The position numbers and the translations under genes were made by a program. Below are positions 19,341-28,306 of a stretch of 64,000 nucleotides of DNA, in pieces (the stretch's first letter is position 1; every line of letters begins with the position of its first letter). The notes beneath the pieces were generated by a model, which worked only from the letters and a program-made list of their open reading frames with translations, was not told the DNA's origin and made no database searches. This stretch comes from an uncultured Planctomycetaceae bacterium (GTDB lineage: Bacteria; Planctomycetota; Planctomycetia; Planctomycetales; Planctomycetaceae), in the NCBI GenBank assembly GCA_963976765.1, contig CAXBME010000026.1, positions 1 to 64,000 of the forward strand, written 5' to 3'.

Positions 19341-20270
19341 TCAGCCTCGAATCACTTTGTCGATAGTGCCTCGCAGGACGCTGCCTGACTTCTGCAGAGC
19401 CATCTTTTCTTTTGGCCAGAGGTCGATTTCGTAGCAGTCGACGACGCCCTGGCTGCCAACAACGGTTGGCACCGAGATGCAGACGTCCCGCAGTCCATAC
19501 GCTCCGTTCTGCAGAGACGAGACTGGCAGAATGCGACGCTGATCCAGGGCAATCGAGTGAATGACGTCGGCGATGGAAGCTCCAACGGCGAAGCCGGCTC
19601 CGCCTTTCTTTTTGATGACTTCCGCTCCGCTGCCGCGAGTTTTCTTTTCAACTTCGGCGATCAACGCAGGAGTCACGCCAGGGTACTTATCCAGCGGCAG
19701 ACCAGCGACCTGAGCCGCCGACCAGATTGGAACCATGCTGTCGCCGTGCTCGCCCAGAATCAATGTTTGAACCTGAGTCGGCGGCATGTTGAGTCTCTGA
19801 GCCATCATGCTTCGCAGACGCGTGGTATCGAGAACTGTCCCAAGACCAATCACCTGATTCGCTGGCAGACCGAGGTCTTTAACCGCCAGGTATGTCAGCA
19901 CGTCAACTGGATTTGAAACAACGAACACCTTCGCCGTTGGCTTCAGGCCGTGCTGCTTCACGTCTGCAAGAATGTTTCGGAACAGAGCCACGTTGCGGTT
20001 AATCAGGTCCAGCCGACTTTCGTCGGGCTTCCGTCGCAGCCCCGCCGTGATGCAGATCACATCGCTGTCTTTGACGGCTTCGGTACCGCAGCCGTAAATT
20101 TTCTGGTCGCTGATCAGCGATGCTCCGTGAAGAAGATCCAGCGCCTGACCTTCAGCCAGTTCCAGGTTCACGTCGACCAGCGCGATCTCGCGGACGATCC
20201 CGCCGAACTGCAAAGCGCTTGCGGCACAGGAACCAACAAGTCCACCGCCGCCAATAATGCTGACTTTCAT
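19341..20270 (-). CDS. lactate/malate dehydrogenase family protein of the PVM microcompartment locus
   Basis: GGGGLVG Rossmann motif, TAGLRRKPDESRLDL, VSNPVD, GTVLDTTR and ILGEHGDS. Confidence 0.92.
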   Translation of the reverse strand: MKVSIIGGGGLVGSCAASALQFGGIVREIALVDVNLELAEGQALDLLHGASLISDQKIYGCGTEAVKDSDVICITAGLRRKPDESRLDLINRNVALFRNILADVKQHGLKPTAKVFVVSNPVDVLTYLAVKDLGLPANQVIGLGTVLDTTRLRSMMAQRLNMPPTQVQTLILGEHGDSMVPIWSAAQVAGLPLDKYPGVTPALIAEVEKKTRGSGAEVIKKKGGAGFAVGASIADVIHSIALDQRRILPVSSLQNGAYGLRDVCISVPTVVGSQGVVDCYEIDLWPKEKMALQKSGSVLRGTIDKVIRG

Positions 20271-20298
20271 AGCACTCTCCGTAATCTTCTTATGTGCT

Positions 20299-20371
20299 GA
20301 ACGCAGAGTTCGCTGAGCTGTGAGGCAGAGAGAAGGAGACCTCTCCGTAGCTCTGCGCGTCCTCTGTGTTC
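20299..20371. repeat. imperfect inverted repeat (ACGCAGAG-type family)
   Basis: GAACGCAGAGTTCGCTGAG... pairs with ...CTCTGCGCGTCCTCTGTGTTC in the aldolase-dehydrogenase gap. Confidence 0.6.
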
Positions 20372-20396
20372 CGTTCTAAAGGGAATAAGCCAGTAG

Positions 20397-21287
20397 CTAT
20401 TTACCCATTGCTGCCATGACCTGCTCGGTGATCATCTTGACGAGAGCTTCGTTGTCGACGCCGGCGGCTGCGCCACCTTCGTACGTCGGCTTCTGAAGAT
20501 AGCCAGGGTACGACGGAGCTGGCTCGAACGCACAGTTCTGTGGTGCTTCGCCTTCTTTGTAGCCGTCGCGGAAGGCACTGTTTCCACACAGGTCGCAGTC
20601 TTCGTTGTGGAAGCGGGGATCGTCGAATCCGAGCTTCTTCTTCAGATCGAGCAACTCGCGAGACTTCTGCTCGTTGAGATAATCGACCCGCCCCATCTGC
20701 TGAGCGAGCAGCAAAATACGGCAGTAAGCGTCGAGAATCTCGGTTTTCCAGTAGGCCTCTTCAACGGTCTTGCCGAAGCTGATCGTGCCGTGGTTCTTCA
20801 GAATAATCGTGTTGGTCGACTTCAGAAATGGAGTGACCGTTGACGCGAATTCCTGGCCGCCAGGAGTCTCATAAGGAGCGACAGGAATCTCGCCCATGAA
20901 GACTTCAATCTCTGGAAGAATACACTGTGGAATGGCTTCATTGGCGACGGCGAATGCGGTGGCGTGAGGCGGATGGCAGTGCACGCAGGCTTTGACATCT
21001 GGTCGGTGCCGCATGATCTCCAGGTGAAGCAGAATTTCGCTGGTGCGTTTCCGCTTGCCGGCGATCTGGTTGCCCTGCATGTCGACAGCACAAATATCGT
21101 CAGGCTTCATGAAGCCTTTGCAGATCATTGTGGGTGAGCAAAGCACAGCGTCCTCGCCGACCCGGATCGAGATGTTTCCGTCGTTCGCGGCGGCAAAGCC
21201 TTTGTTGTAAACGCGCCGACCAATCTCGCAGATGTCTTCTTTGAGCTGACGATCATTGACGCCGCTGTTCCACTGGTTGCTGCTCAT
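20397..21287 (-). CDS. pvmN: class II aldolase (fuculose/rhamnulose-1-phosphate aldolase-like) with C-terminal encapsulation peptide
   Basis: ANDGNISIR, TSEILLH, VHCHPPHATAFA and LKNHG, plus terminal amphipathic NEALVKMITEQVMAAMG. Position in the PVM locus fits. ATG 21287. Confidence 0.9.
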   Translation of the reverse strand: MSSNQWNSGVNDRQLKEDICEIGRRVYNKGFAAANDGNISIRVGEDAVLCSPTMICKGFMKPDDICAVDMQGNQIAGKRKRTSEILLHLEIMRHRPDVKACVHCHPPHATAFAVANEAIPQCILPEIEVFMGEIPVAPYETPGGQEFASTVTPFLKSTNTIILKNHGTISFGKTVEEAYWKTEILDAYCRILLLAQQMGRVDYLNEQKSRELLDLKKKLGFDDPRFHNEDCDLCGNSAFRDGYKEGEAPQNCAFEPAPSYPGYLQKPTYEGGAAAGVDNEALVKMITEQVMAAMGK

Positions 21288-21302
21288 CGTTTGATTCCTG
21301 TT

Positions 21303-21370
21303 AGAGGGGAGGGACGTGTGCTGAGTGTCGAGCAAAAACGTGCTCTTGCCCCTCAGTCCTTAGCCCTCAG
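21303..21370. repeat. imperfect hairpin with heptamer-periodic arm
   Basis: CTGAGTGTCGAGCA-AAAACG-TGCTCTTGCCCCTCAG, followed by TCCTTAG CCCTCAG. Confidence 0.5.
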
Positions 21371-21648
21371 CCAATTTCCACTTGATCCAGAATCGCGGCC
21401 GCGTAGCCATCGATTGGTTTTACATTCGGATGAAACGGAGCCGCCGCTTCCGCACCTTCGCTGACTCCGACGAGCGATCCTTCGCCGGCCCCCAGTTCGT
21501 CAAAAATGACAAACGGTTCGCCTCGTCCTGATTCTTCTCCAGCAAGCCCCTGCCGATCGAGCGGTACGACAACTTTCCAGGTCGCCCCGCGCAGAGACGG
21601 ATGGCACCGACTGAGCGTCACCCTTCCGATAATCTCTGCAATTCGCAT
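21367..21648 (-). CDS. BMC-P pentameric vertex shell protein (EutN/CcmL family)
   Basis: MRIAEIIGRVTLS, FDELGAGEG, VSEGAEAA and PIDGYAAAILD. Confidence 0.9.
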   Translation of the reverse strand: MRIAEIIGRVTLSRCHPSLRGATWKVVVPLDRQGLAGEESGRGEPFVIFDELGAGEGSLVGVSEGAEAAAPFHPNVKPIDGYAAAILDQVEIG

Positions 21649-21672
21649 TTCGGCGCCTTTGTGAGTTCTGAA

Positions 21673-22326
21673 CTAAGAGTTCTGAATTCGCCTCAAAATG
21701 TTTCGTAATTCAAAGAAGCTTCGGCCTTCCGGATTAACAACAAGCACGTTGCCATCCAGTCCCGACTTCACTCGCGCAACCGCTGCCGCATCCACGACGA
21801 CCGCTGCCTTCACTTTCTCGTTTCGATTCGCCAAGCACGCGACGACTTCCGGTTCGGAAGTCAGCACCACAATTACTCGTGAGCTTTCACGTCTGAGTTC
21901 ACCGATTGCCTTCTTTGCTGCCTCGTCGGCCGAATCAACACTCTTTCGATTCCATCCGCCGTTTGTCTGTCGCCCCGCGTCTTCCAGGATTCGATCAATC
22001 GTCTGACTCGCTGAGTGAGTAATCACCAGCCTGTCGGACTTCACCTGGACGGAATCTGCTGCCGCAGTCGTTTCATGGATCAATTCAACTTTGTTGTGCC
22101 GAAGCCAGTCTCGTGCCGACGGAGTGACGATCGCTCGTGCTCCGACAATTACGTTTTTTTGATGAGCCACTTTCTCTGCCAGCACATTTGCAGTGATGAC
22201 AGCATCAGTCAGATGAGCCGATTGTGTGTTATTTGCCTCGGAACTCTCCGGCGCAGAAGAAGCAGCCGGCATGAGTCTCCTCATGACCTCCGCCACGATC
22301 TGCTCGATGAGTACCTGTTGAGTCAT
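21673..22326 (-). CDS. conserved hypothetical BMC-locus protein with N-terminal encapsulation-peptide-like helix
   Basis: IEQIVAEVMRRL helix, VITANVL..AIVTPSARDWLR segment and C-terminal ACLANRNEKVKAAVV (RpiB/LacAB-like). ATG 22326. Confidence 0.8.
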   Translation of the reverse strand: MTQQVLIEQIVAEVMRRLMPAASSAPESSEANNTQSAHLTDAVITANVLAEKVAHQKNVIVGARAIVTPSARDWLRHNKVELIHETTAAADSVQVKSDRLVITHSASQTIDRILEDAGRQTNGGWNRKSVDSADEAAKKAIGELRRESSRVIVVLTSEPEVVACLANRNEKVKAAVVVDAAAVARVKSGLDGNVLVVNPEGRSFFELRNILRRIQNS

Positions 22327-22356
22327 GAAAAGTTGATCGTGCAAGTGAGAGTTTTT

Positions 22357-22411
22357 GTAGGCTGGGTCGAGACCCAGCGTTGTCGTTTTGCTGGGTCATG
22401 CCCCAGCCTAC
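22357..22411. repeat. REPIN-like inverted pair of GTAG-type REP palindromes
   Basis: GTAG-GCTGGGTC-GA-GACCCAGC, then an inverted copy GCTGGGTCATGCCCCAGC-CTAC. Confidence 0.8.
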
Positions 22412-22414
22412 ACA

Positions 22415-22675
22415 TCAATCAGCATCAGCAATTCCAAGGACCGCCCAGCGGATGGGTGATGCCTTGGTTCCCACAATTTCTGTGACGTATTTCCCGTCGC
22501 TCGTAATCATCACTTTGTCACCGCGTCCGCTGCCGAGATCGTCAATCACGATCACCGGTTCGCCATCATCCTGACCACTCGCCCCCAGCGGCTGCGCGAT
22601 CAGCAACCGCCACCCATTCATGGATGAATGCTTCACCGTCGCTGTGGCTCGGCCAATGATTTCGGCTAGTTGCAT
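22415..22675 (-). CDS. BMC-P pentameric vertex shell protein (EutN/CcmL family)
   Basis: MQLAEIIGRATATVKH, IDDLGSGRGDKVMITSDG and VLGIAD. Confidence 0.9.
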   Translation of the reverse strand: MQLAEIIGRATATVKHSSMNGWRLLIAQPLGASGQDDGEPVIVIDDLGSGRGDKVMITSDGKYVTEIVGTKASPIRWAVLGIADAD

Positions 22676-22683
22676 GTTGATGT

Positions 22684-22763
22684 GGCTAAGGGCTTAGAGC
22701 TAAGGGACCAGGGGGTTAGGTCAATCCTGACCCCCGCCCTCAGCCCTTGCCTCTCGGCCCTTC
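22684..22763. repeat. inverted repeat built from degenerate heptamers
   Basis: GGCTAAG GGCTTAG AGCTAAG GGACCAG GGGGTTAGG facing CCTGACC CCCGCCC TCAGCCC TTGCCTC TCGGCCC. Confidence 0.65.
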
Positions 22764-22764
22764 C

Positions 22765-24198
22765 TCAAATGATTCGTAGATCGTCGACCAGTGTGCAGCG
22801 TCGCTGCCGGGTGAATGTCAACGGGTTGGTGACTCCTTCGCCGGTTGGAGTGGCGATGGAGAAGCTGAGGTAGCCCTCGCCGCCAAGTCCGAGTCCTGCT
22901 CCGCAGGGGCCGTTCTTGATGAAGAGTGTTGTCTCCATCAGACGACCCATCTTTGTCATGTTTTTGACGTTGGTGGTGTGAATGATTCCGGTGTGGCGGA
23001 AACCGTGTTCGAACTCGAGTGCCATTTCGATCGCGTGGTCGGCATTGCGAGCACGGACAAACGGGACGAATGGCATCATCTGTTCTTCAGGAACAAACGG
23101 GTTCGAGGTGTCCGTTTCGCCGTAGAGAATCTGAGTGTTCGCTGGCACCGTCAGGCCGATTGCGGCGGCGAGAACCGACGGGTCTTTGCCAACCAGATCG
23201 CGGTTGAGCATCCAGTGCCCGCCTGGTTCTTTCGGTGGCGAGAAGGCTGTTTTTGTCAGAGCGGCGATCTGTGAAGCGTTCAGTCGGTAGCCACCGTGGC
23301 GACCGACGGCATCCATCAACTGATCGAAGATCGATTCGACAGCGAAGACTTCTTTTTCACCAATGCACAGCAGGTTGTTGTCGTAGGCAGCTCCGGTGAC
23401 GATTGACCGGGCCGCGTTGTTGATGTCGGCGGTTTCGTCGACAACGACCGGAGGGTTACCCGGACCGGCGACGATCGCTCGTTTGTTGCTGGCCAGAGCC
23501 GCTCGCGCGACCTGCGGTCCACCGGTCACACACAGCAGTTTCACGCCACGGTGCTTGAAGATTTCATCAGCTGATTCGATGGTCGGAGTGCCAATGATCG
23601 TGACCAGATTATTGATGCCGATGGCTTCGTGAATCGCTTTATTGAATCGCCGCACGCCTTCACACGCGATCTTCGCGCCGCTCGGGTGAGGGTTCACAAC
23701 GATCGTGTTTCCGGCGGCGACCATGTTGACGAAGTTGGCAGCCAGGGTCGGCAGCGAGTGCGTGACCGGAGTGATTGCGCCGATGACTCCAAACGGGGCA
23801 TACTCAGTGACGGTCAGACCATTGTCGCCGGTCACGGCATCGCACTTGAGATACTCAACGCCCGGCACCCGACGGATGATCTGCAGCTTTTCGATCTTGT
23901 GATCGAGTCGCCCAATCTTCGTTTCGGCCAGTTCGGCGGCTCCAAGTTCTTCAGCCTGGTTGAAGCAGATATCTTTGACGATCTGTACTGCCTTATCGCG
24001 GTCTTCCATCGATGCTGACTTCAGCTTTTCGAAGGCTTCCGTGGCCGCAGCGACAGCGTCATCAACGTTGTTGAACACGCCCCAGTCACCACCACGTGAG
24101 TGTCCATTGTTCGACGCGATTCCATTCGACTTACCAAGCTGAGCGAGTACTTCCTGTACGACGCTGCGAATTGTCTGTTCGGTCGAAACGGCTGTCAT
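22765..24198 (-). CDS. pvmJ: CoA-acylating aldehyde dehydrogenase (EutE/PduP family) with N-terminal encapsulation peptide
   Basis: [47 protein letters not shown], catalytic [10 protein letters not shown] and [10 protein letters not shown]. Confidence 0.95.
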   Translation of the reverse strand: MTAVSTEQTIRSVVQEVLAQLGKSNGIASNNGHSRGGDWGVFNNVDDAVAAATEAFEKLKSASMEDRDKAVQIVKDICFNQAEELGAAELAETKIGRLDHKIEKLQIIRRVPGVEYLKCDAVTGDNGLTVTEYAPFGVIGAITPVTHSLPTLAANFVNMVAAGNTIVVNPHPSGAKIACEGVRRFNKAIHEAIGINNLVTIIGTPTIESADEIFKHRGVKLLCVTGGPQVARAALASNKRAIVAGPGNPPVVVDETADINNAARSIVTGAAYDNNLLCIGEKEVFAVESIFDQLMDAVGRHGGYRLNASQIAALTKTAFSPPKEPGGHWMLNRDLVGKDPSVLAAAIGLTVPANTQILYGETDTSNPFVPEEQMMPFVPFVRARNADHAIEMALEFEHGFRHTGIIHTTNVKNMTKMGRLMETTLFIKNGPCGAGLGLGGEGYLSFSIATPTGEGVTNPLTFTRQRRCTLVDDLRII

Positions 24199-24216
24199 TG
24201 ATTTTGACCTTTATGA

Positions 24217-24284
24217 GTAGGGTGCGTCTTGACGCACCGTGACTCGGATTCTGTTTTCCAGTGGTGCGTCGAGACGCACCCGAC
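24217..24284. repeat. REPIN-like inverted pair of GTAG-type REP palindromes (second family)
   Basis: GTAG-GGTGCGTC-TT-GACGCACC, then an inverted copy GGTGCGTC-GA-GACGCACC-CGAC. Confidence 0.8.
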
Positions 24285-24289
24285 GCAAG

Positions 24290-24601
24290 TCAGTTCGAGC
24301 CTTTGAACACAGTGCTCCCGTGCGCTTCGACGCTGTCTACGATGCCGATGATGGCGGCGTCGATCGGCAGCGTTTTCGTGTCTTCCGTGAACCGGGCACT
24401 GGATCCCTGCACGATGAGAACCGTCTCGCCTTCTCCCGCACCGACAGTGTCGACGCAGATGAATGTTCGCCCGGTTCCCTTCAGGCTCTTTTTGTCTTTC
24501 TCGTCCACACGCAGAGGCTCGACGACGAGCAGCTTCTGCCCGACCATCTGCTGAACCTTCTGTGTCGAAACGACGCTGCCTGTTACTTTCGCGAGAAACA
24601 T
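24290..24601 (-). CDS. BMC-P pentameric vertex shell protein (EutN/CcmL family)
   Basis: MFLAKVTGSVVSTQK, VDTVGAGEGETVLIVQGSSAR and PIDAAIIGIVD. Confidence 0.95.
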   Translation of the reverse strand: MFLAKVTGSVVSTQKVQQMVGQKLLVVEPLRVDEKDKKSLKGTGRTFICVDTVGAGEGETVLIVQGSSARFTEDTKTLPIDAAIIGIVDSVEAHGSTVFKGSN

Positions 24602-24618
24602 GATGTTTCCTTGTCTCC

Positions 24619-24680
24619 TCGCGTCTTCGCGCCTTCGCGTGAGAACTCAATAAGATTCACGCGAAGGCGCAAAGACGCGA
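24619..24680. repeat. near-perfect 24-bp inverted repeat (CACGCGAAG 9-mer family)
   Basis: TCGCGTCTTCGCGCCTTCGCGTGA and TCACGCGAAGGCGCAAAGACGCGA are complementary at 23 of 24 positions. Confidence 0.85.
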
Positions 24681-24691
24681 AGGAAGTGGTG

Positions 24692-25888
24692 TCAGTCTGA
24701 TTGACCGACGGCCTCAACGGTCTGTCTCGCCACGACGATCTCTTCGTTTGTCGGGACGACCCAGATCTGTGTCTTTGAATCATCGGCCGAGATGCACACT
24801 TCGGCGTCTCGTTCGACAGCTCCGTTTTTCTCTTCGTCGAGACTGATTCCGGCCCATTCCAGACCGGCACAGACTTCTCGACGAATCCGCTGACTGTTCT
24901 CACCGATTCCGCCCGTGAAGACGATCGCGTCTGCTCCGCCAAGTACGACCAGGTAAGAACCCAGGTACTGACGAATGGACGCGACAAAAACCTTCAAAGC
25001 AAAGTCGGCTCGTTCATGTCCGTTCGAGGCGGCTTCTTCGAGATCCCGCACGTCGCTGCTGAGTCCGCTTAAACCGAGAAGTCCACCGTTGGTCGACATC
25101 TCTTCCAGCAGCTCTTCGAACGACTTTCCGCTCAGCCGCTTCAGAAGTGGCAGAGCATACGGGTCAAAGTCACCGACTCGATTATTGTGAAGCAATCCCG
25201 TTTGAGGACTCATGCCCAGGCTGTTGGCCTGTGACTTGTTTCCACGCTGAGCACACAGCGAATTGCTGCCGCCCAGATGGCACGAGATCACTTTCAGATC
25301 ATCGTTGCCGAGAATCTCACCGATGCGGCCGCCGATGTATCGGTGACTCGCGCCGTGAAATCCCCAGCGTTTCGTTTCGTACTTATCCTGCCATTCAAAA
25401 GGCACCGCGTAGGCACGAATCTCGGGCGGGATCGTTTCGTGAAAGCCTGTCTCCAGAGCCGCGACCAGAGGAATGCTCGGAAACGCCTGCCGAAGCTGAC
25501 GCATGGCCTTCGCATAAGGCGGGTTGTGAGCCGGAGCCACATCCGCCAGTTCCTCCATCCGCGTGAGCAACGTGTCGTCCACAACACGCACTCCACTGAG
25601 CTTGCCGGCGAAGACGGCTTTGAAACCGATCCCCTTCAGCTCAGAAGCATCCTTCAAACATCCGTGCTCCGGATCCGACAACTGTTCCAGACAGAGCGTT
25701 ACCGCCGCTGCATGATCGGGAATGTTCGTGACTCGCTTGTCACTGTAATCACCGATCTCAACCGAACAGTTGCTGTCTTCAAGTCCGATCCTGTCGATGC
25801 CGCCGCGAGCCAGCTGCTGCTCGGTCGACATGTCGAAGAGCCGATACTTGAAACTCGTAGAACCCAGATTCGCGACCAGAACTTTCAC
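24692..25888 (-). CDS. ackA: acetate/propionate-family acyl kinase
   Basis: [46 protein letters not shown] and PTNEE. GTG 25888 with GGAGGA. Confidence 0.92.
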   Translation of the reverse strand: MKVLVANLGSTSFKYRLFDMSTEQQLARGGIDRIGLEDSNCSVEIGDYSDKRVTNIPDHAAAVTLCLEQLSDPEHGCLKDASELKGIGFKAVFAGKLSGVRVVDDTLLTRMEELADVAPAHNPPYAKAMRQLRQAFPSIPLVAALETGFHETIPPEIRAYAVPFEWQDKYETKRWGFHGASHRYIGGRIGEILGNDDLKVISCHLGGSNSLCAQRGNKSQANSLGMSPQTGLLHNNRVGDFDPYALPLLKRLSGKSFEELLEEMSTNGGLLGLSGLSSDVRDLEEAASNGHERADFALKVFVASIRQYLGSYLVVLGGADAIVFTGGIGENSQRIRREVCAGLEWAGISLDEEKNGAVERDAEVCISADDSKTQIWVVPTNEEIVVARQTVEAVGQSD

Positions 25889-25911
25889 AACGTTGTCCTC
25901 CATGTGCGACA

Positions 25912-26002
25912 AGTTGATATTGAGTTGTTGATCATTGAAAGCACTCACGATTGCGTGGCGTCTTGCCGGACACAATCAACTCTCAACAATCGACTATCAA
26001 CT
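25912..26002. repeat. AT-rich heptamer inverted repeat
   Basis: AGTTGAT ATTGAGT TGTTGAT CATTGAA facing CAATCAA CTCTCAA CAATCGA CTATCAA CT. Confidence 0.65.
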
Positions 26003-26003
26003 C

Positions 26004-26273
26004 TTAAACAAACGCTGCCAGCGTGCTGGCGTCCGGCCGTGCGATGACGTGAGCGGAAACCAGCTCGCCCGCCTGTGTGGCAGCCGATGCTCCAGCGTCA
26101 ACTGCAGCTCGAACGGAGCCGACGTCACCGGAAACGATCGTTGTCACATAAGCGCCACCGATCTGAATCTGCTTAACGAGGACGACGTTGGCTGCTTTCA
26201 GCATGGCGTCGGCCGCTTCGATCTGAGCGACCAGACCTTTGGTCTCGATGAGACCGATTGCTTCACCCTTCAT
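26004..26273 (-). CDS. pvmE: BMC-H hexameric shell protein
   Basis: [35 protein letters not shown] and HVIARP. Second of two tandem BMC-H genes. ATG 26273. Confidence 0.93.
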   Translation of the reverse strand: MKGEAIGLIETKGLVAQIEAADAMLKAANVVLVKQIQIGGAYVTTIVSGDVGSVRAAVDAGASAATQAGELVSAHVIARPDASTLAAFV

Positions 26274-26298
26274 GGGTTGATTCCTGACTAGATTTTGA

Positions 26299-26385
26299 AA
26301 GTTGAATGTGAGTTGCTGATTACGAGTGCTTTCGATGGGCGATTCTGGTGTTGAGTCAACCATCGCTACTCACCATCAGCTACTT
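26299..26385. repeat. degenerate inverted repeat between the two BMC-H genes
   Basis: AAGTTGAATGTGAGTTGCTGAT facing ATCGCTACTCACCATCAGCTACTT. The right arm overlaps the upstream BMC-H stop codon. Confidence 0.5.
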
Positions 26386-26673
26386 CGCTGTTTTTACAGC
26401 CGGCAGAACTGCGGCCAGCTCTTCGTGTGGACGAGGAATGACCTGCACACTGACGACTTCGCCGATCTTGCTGGCAGCACTCGCTCCGGCATCGACGGCG
26501 GCTTTCACAGCAGCAACGTCACCGACGACAAACGATGTCACCAGGCCGCTCCCCACTTTGTCCCAGCCAACGATTTGAACATTGGCTGATTTGAGCATCG
26601 CATCAACTGCCTCGATCATGCAGACAAGACCTTTGGTCTCGATCATGCCGAGGGCTTCCATAGCCTTAGCCAT
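26380..26673 (-). CDS. pvmD: BMC-H hexameric shell protein
   Basis: [32 protein letters not shown] and VIPRPH. Confidence 0.95.
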   Translation of the reverse strand: MAKAMEALGMIETKGLVCMIEAVDAMLKSANVQIVGWDKVGSGLVTSFVVGDVAAVKAAVDAGASAASKIGEVVSVQVIPRPHEELAAVLPAVKTAK

Positions 26674-26691
26674 TTGGAATCTCCGAATTTG

Positions 26692-26732
26692 TTGAGGGTC
26701 AAGGATCGAGGGTCAGGAACCATTTCCTGGCC
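26692..26732. repeat. heptamer run with short hairpin
   Basis: TTGAGGG TCAAGGA TCGAGGG TCAGGAA-CCAT-TTCCTGGCC. Confidence 0.45.
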
Positions 26733-26807
26733 AACCACCCGGATACATAAAAACTGTGAACTCAAATTCTGTTTTGGATCAGCTCGGGCATTCGCCCGAA
26801 ACCTTCC

Positions 26808-27521
26808 CTATGTTTTGCACGTGCCTGCGCCCTTGCAGCCACAGCCGCAGTCTTTCTTGATCAGCTCGACCTTCGTCGCCTTATCGAGTCGAGTCGCGTT
26901 TCCTTCGTCAGTGTCGAGATGCACTTCCAGCTTAATGTCGTCTCCGGCCCGAATCTTCAGGTCTTCCAGCACGGTCGTGCAGCCTTCGGATTCAATTCGC
27001 AGGTCCATGAAGTCGCCATCATTGACTCCGTAATATTCGAGGTCCGCCGGTCCCATGTGGACATGCCGCATGGCTCGAATGACGCCGGACTGAAGCTCAA
27101 GAACTCCCGCCGGTCCGATGAGCGTGCAACCGGGCGTGTCGTGATGATCGCCGCTGATCCGAACAGGCAAGTCGATGCCCAATGAGATACCGTCGGTAAA
27201 TGCCAGCTCCACCTGGCTCGGACGAACCGGGCCAAGGATGCGGACTTCTGGCAGCATGCGCCGGCGAGGCCCGACAACAGCAACGGTCTGCTTCGAGGCG
27301 AAGTAGCCGTCCTGGTAGAGCCATTTATGAACTTCGAGCTCAGCTCCCTTACCGAACAGAACTTCGACATGCTCCTGCGAAAGGTGCACATGTCTTGCGC
27401 TGATATTCACGACCAGCGGATTCGGTTTGACGTTCGCTGCCGATCCGAGCTGCTGCTGCAGCACAGAGCGTACAACGCGTTCGATATCTGTCCTGGACAG
27501 TGACGTTGACAATGCAGTCAT
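26808..27521 (-). CDS. pduL: PduL-family phosphotransacylase with N-terminal encapsulation peptide
   Basis: [34 protein letters not shown] and [10 protein letters not shown]-terminal [14 protein letters not shown]. Confidence 0.93.
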   Translation of the reverse strand: MTALSTSLSRTDIERVVRSVLQQQLGSAANVKPNPLVVNISARHVHLSQEHVEVLFGKGAELEVHKWLYQDGYFASKQTVAVVGPRRRMLPEVRILGPVRPSQVELAFTDGISLGIDLPVRISGDHHDTPGCTLIGPAGVLELQSGVIRAMRHVHMGPADLEYYGVNDGDFMDLRIESEGCTTVLEDLKIRAGDDIKLEVHLDTDEGNATRLDKATKVELIKKDCGCGCKGAGTCKT

Positions 27522-27532
27522 GGATGATTCCG

Positions 27533-28306
27533 TTAAACAGCGGCTTCGGCAGGCTCGCCCAGGCAGATGACCTCGACGCCTGCGTTTTCAAGTCGTTGTC
27601 GCCACTCATCCGTGAGTCCATCGTCCGTAATCAGTCGATCCATCGAGTCAAGCGGTGCCAGGTGAGCGAGTGCCGAACGGCCAAACTTGCCGCTGTCCGT
27701 CACGACCCAGACCTCGTCTGCCGACTCCATCATTTGCCGCTCAGTCTCCACGAGCAGCGAATTACTGTTGAATAATCCCGCTTCGGTGATCCCGCCGACA
27801 CTCATAATGAGCCTTCTGGCATGAACCGCCTTGAGTGCCGCCTGAGCAATTGGCCCCAACGCCACTCCCGTGTTCGGATACACGTATCCGCCGATTGAAA
27901 TCAGCTCGATCCCCGGCTGATTAAACAGCAGGTTGATGATCGGAACCGAGTTCGTCACCACCGTCAGCGACCGCCCGATCAACTGCCGAGCCACTTCCAG
28001 CGTCGTCGTCCCGCCATCCAGCAATACGACTTCACCTTGCTCGACCATCCTGGCGACGGTCTGAGCAATCTCCTTCTTTTCCTTCAGAGCGGCGACCGTC
28101 CGATCCTCGAACGACGTCATCGACTCGCCGATGTAAGCCGCTCCGCCGCGAGTTTTCTGAACCTTGCTGATTCCGTCGAGATATTCCACATCCCGCCGCG
28201 CCGTTGACTCACTGATCCCGAAGTGCTCTACAAGCTTCTGTAGAGACACAAAACCCTGTTCTTCGATATGTTTCAGAATCTGAGTTCGGCGTTCATTGAG
28301 CAGCAT
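27533..28306 (-). CDS. DeoR/GlpR-family transcriptional regulator heading the PVM operon
   Basis: [32 protein letters not shown] and DSGKFG. ATG 28306. Confidence 0.93.
   Translation of the reverse strand: MLLNERRTQILKHIEEQGFVSLQKLVEHFGISESTARRDVEYLDGISKVQKTRGGAAYIGESMTSFEDRTVAALKEKKEIAQTVARMVEQGEVVLLDGGTTTLEVARQLIGRSLTVVTNSVPIINLLFNQPGIELISIGGYVYPNTGVALGPIAQAALKAVHARRLIMSVGGITEAGLFNSNSLLVETERQMMESADEVWVVTDSGKFGRSALAHLAPLDSMDRLITDDGLTDEWRQRLENAGVEVICLGEPAEAAV

Noticed and set aside
20271..26807. CRISPR array or integron attC array as the explanation for the intergenic repeats
   Set aside because: The elements differ from one another in sequence, there are no identical direct repeats with regular spacers, no cas or integrase gene is present, and the genes between them form a conserved operon.
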